Source: an uncultured Bacilli bacterium (GTDB taxonomy: Bacteria > Bacillota_I > Bacilli_A > RF39 > UBA660). From it: a stretch of DNA of 64,000 nucleotides. A model generated the notes under the pieces. That model saw only the letters and a list, made by a program, of their open reading frames with translations, was not told where the DNA came from and did no database searches. Position numbers and translations under genes: made by a program. Positions 57,560 to 64,000 of this stretch are shown in pieces. Each line of letters begins with the position of its first letter. The first letter of the stretch is position 1. The stretch lies in the NCBI GenBank assembly GCA_944329365.1, contig CALVIC010000003.1, positions 8,437 to 72,436 of the forward strand, read 5' to 3'.

Positions 57560-58192
57560 TCATCCTTTCAAATACTCTTCTAATGTGATGTTTTGGTTTG
57601 TTATTTCTTCGGCGGATTTTTTACCAACATAACGGAAGTGCCAGGGCTCATAGGATATTTTTGTTATATCTTCTTTGCCCGATGGATATCTTAAGATGAA
57701 GCCATATTTAAAGGCATTTGTTTTTAACCACTCCCACATTTGTTCATTTTCTTCGTAGTGTCCTTCGTTACTAAAGTCGATGGCAAGGCCTGTTTGGTGT
57801 TCGGAAAAGCCTGGTAATTGAACGGTTTCTTCGGCTTTAGAGGTGGCTCCTTCATAGGAATATCCTTGATCTAGATAGCTTTTTCGTTTACTATCAAACA
57901 TTTCTCTTTGGTCTTTGGCCGTTCTGTAGGTATTGTTTATTTTTAATGTTATTCCATCTTTTTTAGCGGCATTATACATATCGATTAAATCATTATATAT
58001 GATATCACAAACTTGAAAGCCATTAAAGTTAACGAGGTTTATTTCTGAATCATCTAAGGAGTTTTTATAGTTTACTAATATAAGTGGATCTATTGTACTT
58101 TGGGTTTCATTTATTTTATGGGGAGATTTAACAAAATTTATTCCACTGTATAAAATAAGCGAGATTAAAATCAAAGTTAAAAATTTTTTCAT
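57560..58192 (-). CDS. VanY/M15-family D-alanyl-D-alanine carboxypeptidase with a signal peptide
   Basis: SEHQTGLAIDF and EPWHFRYVG zinc-peptidase motifs. Confidence 0.8.
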   Translation of the reverse strand: MKKFLTLILISLILYSGINFVKSPHKINETQSTIDPLILVNYKNSLDDSEINLVNFNGFQVCDIIYNDLIDMYNAAKKDGITLKINNTYRTAKDQREMFDSKRKSYLDQGYSYEGATSKAEETVQLPGFSEHQTGLAIDFSNEGHYEENEQMWEWLKTNAFKYGFILRYPSGKEDITKISYEPWHFRYVGKKSAEEITNQNITLEEYLKG

Positions 58193-58231
58193 AAATAATC
58201 ACCTGATAACAGGTTATCACTTACTTGTTTA

Positions 58232-58281
58232 ATTATAGATTATTTTAATTGGTTTTTAAGGTTTCTTAAGAAAATATTAAG
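58232..58281 (-). promoter_or_regulatory. Candidate response-regulator-dependent promoter: TATAAT -10 plus three helically phased direct repeats
   Basis: The -10 TATAAT lies at 58232-58237 on the minus strand. TTAAG on the plus strand (CTTAA on the minus strand) recurs at 58256, 58266 and 58277, a spacing of 10 and 11 bp, overlapping the -35 position. Confidence 0.35.
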
Positions 58282-58293
58282 AAAAAAAGAGAT

Positions 58294-58686
58294 TTATTTT
58301 AATCTCCTTTGTTTATCTTCGATATTTTCTATTACTTCTTCAGTTTGAACAATTGCTTTTTCATTACGGTGTAGTTCAGCTTTTTTATTTGCTAAACGGC
58401 TACATATAGATAATGTAACTATAAAGTTCGGATTTATATCAATTATGTTCTGTTCAAGAAATGAACTTTCAATTTCTTCTTGAAAAGCTATTTTTTCTTC
58501 AATAGTTAAATCTTCATTAAAGTAGATTTGTTCAATTTTAATTAAAAATTCTTCTGGAATTTCTAGATATATTTTTATATTTTTTGTCGATAATCCAAGC
58601 TTTTCTACCTTTTCTCCAAATATAGCTACACTATGTAATTTTTCGATTTCCATAATATCCCCTCTTTCAGGGTGTTTATTATACAC
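58294..58686 (-). CDS. Hypothetical protein
   Basis: 130-aa acidic ORF. No motif recognised. Confidence 0.4.
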   Translation of the reverse strand: MYNKHPERGDIMEIEKLHSVAIFGEKVEKLGLSTKNIKIYLEIPEEFLIKIEQIYFNEDLTIEEKIAFQEEIESSFLEQNIIDINPNFIVTLSICSRLANKKAELHRNEKAIVQTEEVIENIEDKQRRLK

Positions 58687-58727
58687 TTATTATTTTTTTT
58701 GTCAAATTATAAAAAAATAGAGATGTT

Positions 58728-59435
58728 TTACCATCCCCATCTTTGAACACTATATTTAACATTACTACTTGTGGCTAAATAAAGACTTGGATCAGATTCA
58801 GATAAGAATGCTAAATCCATATGAACGATACCTTTGGCCCAGTCCCTTTGCATTGCACCACCAGTATCTAAAACAATAGCGGTAAACTCACCTAACGAGG
58901 GGTTATCAACATTGATAATTGTTCCACAAGGAAACTCTGATAGGTCAGCGGCAATTATACGGACGTTTCCATATTCATCGTCGTTATATGTTGTACCGTT
59001 ATTTTTAAGGCTATGAGATAATCCGTTTTTAGTTTTACATGAAACGGTTCCGGTACTAGAACATCCAGCACAGTCAGCACCATAGCCTGTCATTTTTCCT
59101 ACGTAATCGGCCTTTTTACCAGTTCCAATTTCGATTTCTGCATTTACCGGCTCACTTATGACGCCTAAAACATTACCGTTTTCGTCGACATAAGAAAGTC
59201 CGTCTTGCCCCTCTTCTTTTGTAATTGTTTGGCCTGTAGGAATTTTATTATTATAAGTTTCTATTGTTTCGTGTTTAATGACTTTCGTTAAAGCCACAGA
59301 GTTTTTAGTTTCATTCAAGTTTTCTACTTCAACTTTTTCTTTTGAAAACAGGTTCATTGAGTTTAATAGTGTTGCTAACGCGACAAAAGTGACAGATAAC
59401 CACTTGACTAGCCGCCCCAGCTTAGTTATTTTCAT
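58728..59435 (-). CDS. G5 + 3D (RlpA-like double-psi beta-barrel) domain cell-wall protein, YabE-like
   Basis: N-terminal TM helix. G5-like segment IETYNNKIPTGQTITKEEGQDGLSYV. The C-terminal 3D-like segment carries conserved Asp residues (VLDTGGAM). Its position between tatD and ksgA matches B. subtilis yabE. Confidence 0.65.
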   Translation of the reverse strand: MKITKLGRLVKWLSVTFVALATLLNSMNLFSKEKVEVENLNETKNSVALTKVIKHETIETYNNKIPTGQTITKEEGQDGLSYVDENGNVLGVISEPVNAEIEIGTGKKADYVGKMTGYGADCAGCSSTGTVSCKTKNGLSHSLKNNGTTYNDDEYGNVRIIAADLSEFPCGTIINVDNPSLGEFTAIVLDTGGAMQRDWAKGIVHMDLAFLSESDPSLYLATSSNVKYSVQRWGW

Positions 59436-59476
59436 AATTCACCTCATATTTCAAAATTGAAACCTTTTGAAGTATA

Positions 59477-60241
59477 TCATAGTTTATTTTTTAAGTCAAA
59501 TTGACGAATGGCATTCTCTGTTGTAATATCAAGGATTTTATCTAAATCTTCGTTTAATAGCTCCGCTAAAAATTTAGCTGTATACTTAACATATACGGGT
59601 TCATTGCGGTGTCCTCTAAGGGGAGTTGGAGTTAAGTATGGACAGTCGGTTTCAAGGACAAGGCTTGAAAGAGGAACGTTTTGGACGACGTTTTTCAAAC
59701 GTTTGTCATTTTTAAAGGTTAAAATTCCACCAATACCAAAGGTGACGTTAAGCTTTAATAATTTTTTTGCTTGATCTTCATTTCCTTCATAACAATGGAA
59801 GTCAACTTTGATATTTGGATCTTTGTATTCCTTTAAAATATTATATGTGTCTTCTAAGGCATCGCGAGTGTGAATTACGATAGTTTTATGGTAATTATTG
59901 GCAAGTCGGATTTGTTTAATTAGTAATTCTTTTTGTTTTTCCTTATTTTCTTCGGTATAGTGATAGTCTAAGCCAATTTCTCCTATGGCCACAACTTTAG
60001 GATGGGTTAGGTATTTTTCAAGTTTTTCTAGATGTTTTTCAGTATAAACATCGGCAAATTCAGGGTGAATTCCAATTGTTCCAAATATGTTATCGTGATT
60101 TTCACAGAGGTTTATAACTTCATCTATGTCATCTAATGTAGCTGTGCAGACGATCATAATGTTATTTTCCATATGACTAATTATTTCCTCGACGTCTTCA
60201 TAGTCTTCTTTGTCTAAATGACAATGTGTATCGATTATCAT
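59477..60241 (-). CDS. tatD: TatD-family metal-dependent DNase/hydrolase
   Basis: IIDTHCHLD, GEIGLDY, VIHTRDA and ETDCPYL motifs. Confidence 0.9.
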   Translation of the reverse strand: MIIDTHCHLDKEDYEDVEEIISHMENNIMIVCTATLDDIDEVINLCENHDNIFGTIGIHPEFADVYTEKHLEKLEKYLTHPKVVAIGEIGLDYHYTEENKEKQKELLIKQIRLANNYHKTIVIHTRDALEDTYNILKEYKDPNIKVDFHCYEGNEDQAKKLLKLNVTFGIGGILTFKNDKRLKNVVQNVPLSSLVLETDCPYLTPTPLRGHRNEPVYVKYTAKFLAELLNEDLDKILDITTENAIRQFDLKNKL

Positions 60242-60290
60242 TAAATCATCCTTTCAATAAAAAACATTATACCATAAAGGTTATAATGTT

Positions 60291-61232
60291 TTAAAGTTTA
60301 GATATATAGTAATCGTATGGATTATTTTTAATTGGAGTTTGTTCTTGATTGGATATCATTAAAACTAAAGCAATAATAACTCCAGCAAATATTCCGATTA
60401 CGGCATCATTAGTAATTCCGGTACTTAGTGGTTTTACTTTGACTTCACCTTTGATGTGAAGATAAAGGTTAGTTAATGATTCATAGGCATAGGGAAGAGA
60501 CCAAAGGTAGAGGATACCAAAGGTAAAGATGCTTAGAATAAACCAACCGTAGAAACTAATTACCATGGCATAGTATTCGATTCGATGCTTATGAGCAAGA
60601 CGAAAGCCATTTTTAATCAGGGTCATAACGTTTTCATCACGGACTTCTTGGTTTGCTGATTCGTAAATATAGAATTGAATGGCAGGGTAGAGATAGAAGT
60701 TTAATATGATGATAATTATCACACTTAAAGTTAAACATAAATCGTTGATATAATTATTCAGATATAAGTAGTCTATTAGATATATAATTAGAAGCATTAG
60801 GGCAAAATATAAGAAATAAATTATAAATGACAAAACTGATTTTCTACCATTTTTAAAAGTATTAGTGAATGTTTCTTTAAATGTAACTTTATTTCCCCGG
60901 GAAATATTTAGGGCAGAAGAGATGAAACTTTGATTAACAAAGGTGATTACAAGTAAGCAGAAGCCAGCAGCAGTAATAGATATGATTGTATCATCCTGCA
61001 TATTTTCGGAAATAAGTGAAAATATTATAAGCATTAATATAGTGATAATAACGACGATTAACAGGTTTAATCCAAGATTTTTCTTAGGCATTAAACGAGC
61101 CGCACTTTTTAATGTTTTTCTAATTCCTCCAGGATTAGTTTCTTCAAAAGTAATATTTTCGATAAGTTTTTGACCACATTCTTGACAAAAACGAGCTTTT
61201 TCAGGATTTTTAAATCCACATGAACATAACAT
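60291..61232 (-). CDS. Zinc-ribbon + polytopic membrane protein (DUF975-like)
   Basis: The N-terminus is CSCGFKNPEKARFCQECG, followed by about six TM helices. Confidence 0.5.
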   Translation of the reverse strand: MLCSCGFKNPEKARFCQECGQKLIENITFEETNPGGIRKTLKSAARLMPKKNLGLNLLIVVIITILMLIIFSLISENMQDDTIISITAAGFCLLVITFVNQSFISSALNISRGNKVTFKETFTNTFKNGRKSVLSFIIYFLYFALMLLIIYLIDYLYLNNYINDLCLTLSVIIIIILNFYLYPAIQFYIYESANQEVRDENVMTLIKNGFRLAHKHRIEYYAMVISFYGWFILSIFTFGILYLWSLPYAYESLTNLYLHIKGEVKVKPLSTGITNDAVIGIFAGVIIALVLMISNQEQTPIKNNPYDYYISKL

Positions 61233-61297
61233 AAATACACACCTCTTTATCTGTATTTTATCATATTAGATATTTTTTGGGTATAAAAAAATGAAAC

Positions 61298-61471
61298 TTA
61301 AACATGTGTTTCAATCTTGAGGTAAATGTATCTTATAAAACAACCTATAATAAATAACATATAAGCTAGATCTAAGTAGTTAAAATTTTTGGCGATATTA
61401 ATACCAAGATAGGTTATCACTCCCACAAACACCAATCCAACTGCAGTAATTGTTTTAATCTTAGTACGCAT
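61298..61471 (-). CDS. Unlisted 57-aa two-TM membrane micro-protein
   Basis: ATG at 61471 with AAAGGAAA about 8 nt upstream. Peptide is MRTKIKTITAVGLVFVGVITYLGINIAKNFNYLDLAYMLFIIGCFIRYIYLKIETHV. It falls below the 60-aa track cutoff. Confidence 0.4.
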   Translation of the reverse strand: MRTKIKTITAVGLVFVGVITYLGINIAKNFNYLDLAYMLFIIGCFIRYIYLKIETHV

Positions 61472-61579
61472 AAAAGTTTTCCTTTCTGATTACTGCTTTT
61501 CCTCTTTAACTATAACATCATATATACATTTATAGCAAGTTTTTTTAAACGACATTTTACAACAATTTACAATAATTTG

Positions 61580-61607
61580 GTAAAGAAAAGAAGCTTATGA
61601 GCTTCTT
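61580..61607. repeat. Direct repeat copy 1 (terminator hairpin including a stop codon)
   Basis: gtaaagaaaagaagcttatgagcttctt. Identical to 62273-62301 apart from one extra A in the second copy. Confidence 0.85.
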
Positions 61608-61610
61608 TTT
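61585..61610 (-). terminator. Rho-independent terminator of the 210-aa gene
   Basis: A 9-bp stem, AAAGAAGCT (61587-61595) pairing with AGCTTCTTT (61600-61608), around the loop TATG. U-rich tail on the minus strand. The TAA stop lies in the loop. Confidence 0.7.
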
Positions 61611-62227
61611 GTGGTTGATTCGATAAAATCTATGATTTCACCAGTTTCTTCATTTATTATTTCAATGCGGGAATATTCCTTATTTTTATTAAATATTTTA
61701 AAGGCAATTTGTAATATTTTTTTAGTTGAAGGTGGTTCTTCAATAAGTTTTTCATATTCTTTATACTCCATTTTATTTTCGAAAGAATTAATTAGAGAAG
61801 ATGGCTTTACGGCATGAATACTACTTAATTTTGTTTGGCCATTTTTTTTATAAAATTTAAAACAATATACTAAATTATTTGGATATTTTTGAGATTCAAA
61901 TTCTTCGGTTTCTTTTTTCATTTTTTCGATTAACTTTTTTCTCTTTTTATTTTCGGAAATTAAAGTTCCTTCTTCGATGTAATCTATGATTTTGCCAGTT
62001 TCTTCATTTATTATTTCAATGCGATTAAAATCTTTAAAAAAACCTTTATAAGCTCTTGTAGCTACTTCAAGAACTTCGTGTACTGATGGTTTTAATTTGT
62101 CAAAAGAATAATATTCATCCCAGTCTATTAGTCCATCGAAATCGATATACAATTCTTCGGGGGTAGTTGTTCCAGTACTATTAAAATCTGTGGTTCCATC
62201 TTTATAGTAAAATTTAAATTTATACAT
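61595..62227 (-). CDS. Hypothetical protein built from two homologous ~100-aa halves
   Basis: YKFKFYYKDGTT...RIEIINEETGKIIDYIEEG is repeated as YCFKFYKKNGQT...RIEIINEETGEIIDFIEST. Confidence 0.5.
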   Translation of the reverse strand: MYKFKFYYKDGTTDFNSTGTTTPEELYIDFDGLIDWDEYYSFDKLKPSVHEVLEVATRAYKGFFKDFNRIEIINEETGKIIDYIEEGTLISENKKRKKLIEKMKKETEEFESQKYPNNLVYCFKFYKKNGQTKLSSIHAVKPSSLINSFENKMEYKEYEKLIEEPPSTKKILQIAFKIFNKNKEYSRIEIINEETGEIIDFIESTTKRSS

Positions 62228-62272
62228 ATTTTTATTCTCCTTAAAAATATTATATACAATGCTTATTTTAAA

Positions 62273-62301
62273 GTAAAGAAAAAGAAGCTTATGAGCTTCT
62301 T
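62273..62301. repeat. Direct repeat copy 2 (metG terminator hairpin including the stop codon)
   Basis: gtaaagaaaaagaagcttatgagcttctt. Confidence 0.85.
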
Positions 62302-62302
62302 A
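62281..62302 (-). terminator. Rho-independent terminator of metG
   Basis: An 8-bp stem, AAGAAGCT pairing with AGCTTCTT, around the loop TATG. U-rich tail on the minus strand. Confidence 0.65.
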
Positions 62303-63923
62303 AACGGTTCTTTTCTTCTTCGATGACGCTTTTATCATATCTTTGATATAGTGGTTTTATATCTTCAGATAAGGTTAATTTTGAAAGTTTTTTATACTCC
62401 CATGTTTCAATTTGTTGATTTAGATAAGTATCAACTTTTTCACAAGAGAATGGGATGTATGGTTTTAATAGGTTGTTTACGTTGTAAATTATATTTGTAC
62501 AGTTGAATAATACTTTTTGACATTCTTCAGGATTTGTTTTAGCAAGTTCCCAAGGTTTTTGTTCATCAAAGTATTTATTAGCTTTACCAATAAAATCAAA
62601 GATTAAGTGGAGTCCTTCTTTAACGTTTCCATCGTTTATCGTGGTGCCTACTTCTTCATATAGGTTTTTCATTTGATTTTCAAGGTCACTGTTTATTTCA
62701 TATTCATTTAACTTGCCATCAAATGATTTGTTTATGAAGACTAGGGTACGGTTGATAAAGTTACCCCATTTGCCTAAAAGATCACTGTTTAGGGTATTGA
62801 TAAAGTCGGTCCAGGTAAAGTTAAAGTCTCTTTTTTCTGGGTCGTTAGTTAAGAAATAATATCTGATAGCATCGGCTGGATAACGCGATAATAGGTCTTT
62901 TAGGGCAATATAGTTGCCTTTACTTTTAGAGAGTTTTTCACCTTCGATTGTGATGTATTCATCGGATACTATTTTATTTGGCATGGTGTAGTTATCTTCG
63001 GTGGCCATCATTAGTGAAGGGAAGATAACCGTGTGGAAGGGAATATTATCTTTGGCATGAACTAAGTATATTTTATTGTTACTTCCTTTTTTCCAGTAAT
63101 TTTCCCAGTTTTCACCGCTTTCATCACAATATTTTTTACAAGCTGTAACATATCCCCAAACGTTTTCAAACCATCCATAGATTTTTTTATCTTCATAGCC
63201 TTCGATTGGAATTGGGATTCCCCATGTTAAGCTACGAGAAGCACATCTATCAGGTATTCCTTCATTTAGATATCTTTCAGTAAATAGAACGGCATTTTCG
63301 CGCCAATTATTTTTATTTTCCTCGACTAAATTTCTTAAGCTATCTTGGAATTTTGATAGAGCAAAATAAAGGTTTTTCGTTTCTTTGATAGAGGCTTTTT
63401 GATTACAAATCGCACATTTTGGATTTAAAACGTCCTTGATTTCAAGTAAGCTATTACATTTTTCACATTCATCACCTTTGATATCAGCCCCACATTTTGG
63501 ACAGGTTCCTAGGATGTAACGATCAGCTAGGAATAAATTACATTTTTCACAGTATAATTGGGTTTCTTTTTTCTCATAAAGATAACCTTTTTCATAATAT
63601 TTTTTGAACAAATTTTGAACAAATTCCTTATGGAATGGGTCATCGGTACGATTATATAAATCATAACTTAAACCGATATTTTTCCAGTCTTCAGAAAAAG
63701 AGTTATGGCAGGCATCGACGATTTCTTTGGGTGATTTGTTTTCTTTAAGTGCTTTTATATCGATTGGCGTTCCATGGCAATCAGTTCCTGAGACTAGAAC
63801 GACATGATTTCCTTTTAAGCGGTGGTATCTGGCGATTACATCACCAGGAAGAGAGCTGGCAACATGACCTAGGTGCAAATCTCCATTGGCAAATGGCCAA
63901 CTAATTCCAATTAATACGTACAT
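62289..63923 (-). CDS. metG: Methionyl-tRNA synthetase (short form, no C-terminal tRNA-binding domain)
   Basis: HLGHVAS is the HIGH-type motif and KLSKSKGN is the KMSKS motif. Zinc knuckles CEKCN...CPKCG...CEKCN are present. Confidence 0.95.
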   Translation of the reverse strand: MYVLIGISWPFANGDLHLGHVASSLPGDVIARYHRLKGNHVVLVSGTDCHGTPIDIKALKENKSPKEIVDACHNSFSEDWKNIGLSYDLYNRTDDPFHKEFVQNLFKKYYEKGYLYEKKETQLYCEKCNLFLADRYILGTCPKCGADIKGDECEKCNSLLEIKDVLNPKCAICNQKASIKETKNLYFALSKFQDSLRNLVEENKNNWRENAVLFTERYLNEGIPDRCASRSLTWGIPIPIEGYEDKKIYGWFENVWGYVTACKKYCDESGENWENYWKKGSNNKIYLVHAKDNIPFHTVIFPSLMMATEDNYTMPNKIVSDEYITIEGEKLSKSKGNYIALKDLLSRYPADAIRYYFLTNDPEKRDFNFTWTDFINTLNSDLLGKWGNFINRTLVFINKSFDGKLNEYEINSDLENQMKNLYEEVGTTINDGNVKEGLHLIFDFIGKANKYFDEQKPWELAKTNPEECQKVLFNCTNIIYNVNNLLKPYIPFSCEKVDTYLNQQIETWEYKKLSKLTLSEDIKPLYQRYDKSVIEEEKNRLRSS

Positions 63924-64000
63924 TTTATCACATTCCTTTCTTCAATAATTTTTGATATATCTTTTCTTTGGTAGGGTGGTTTTTGGTTATTTTGGATATT

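Noticed and set aside
55815-58192. The VanY-VanR-VanS-like genes as a vancomycin-resistance cluster
   Set aside because: No vanH, vanA/B or vanX genes are present. The carboxypeptidase plus two-component system alone does not constitute a glycopeptide-resistance operon.
63924-64000. A T-box or other leader upstream of metG (GGTAGGGTGG at about 63970 resembles a T-box core)
   Set aside because: The motif is on the plus strand, the wrong strand for metG. Only 77 nt of upstream sequence are in the window, so it cannot be evaluated.
1-64000. CRISPR arrays, rRNA genes, integrases, transposases, IS elements, and retron or other reverse-transcriptase loci
   Set aside because: I found no repeat-spacer periodicity, no rRNA-like conserved GC-rich blocks, and no ORF with integrase, transposase or RT motifs. 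The intergenic regions in the island are all 300 nt or shorter.

Overview
This is an AT-rich, Bacillota-type chromosomal segment with about 62 protein-coding genes and one tRNA. Almost all genes are on the minus strand. The window splits into two parts.

(1) Positions 258-20208 form an accessory block that ends at the 3' end of tRNA-His(GUG) (20241-20317). It carries no housekeeping genes. It is a run of large helicase, nuclease and NTPase proteins that looks like a defence island:
- A translationally coupled pair: a 1057-aa unknown protein followed by a 1558-aa DExH helicase with a DUF1998 zinc domain. This resembles Druantia type III DruH/DruE.
- An SF1 Upf1/DNA2-like helicase fused to a DUF559/Vsr-like endonuclease.
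- A 1511-aa protein with an N-terminal Cap4/DUF4297-like nuclease, a P-loop NTPase and about 1000 aa of helical repeats (STAND/Avs-like).
- A MazG-like pyrophosphohydrolase followed by a DUF2075 nuclease-helicase.
- A YunG-UDG fusion followed by a small P-loop kinase.

(2) Positions 20372-64000 are core chromosome. Genes present: SNF2/SWIM helicase, cotJ genes, typA, tagO-like, PP2C, M18 aminopeptidase, mreB, spoIID with a SpoIIQ-like protein, rpiB, rpsF-ssb-rpsR, ychF, an AbgT-like transporter, a DUF951 protein, an MscS channel, parB/parA, two nitroreductases, ftsH, tilS, ung, ksgA, a VanY-like carboxypeptidase with its two-component system, yabE-like, tatD and metG.

I found no CRISPR array, rRNA, integrase or transposase. 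All functional calls rest on motifs read by eye from the supplied translations. No HMM or BLAST search could be run, so family assignments, especially the defence-system names, are hypotheses.
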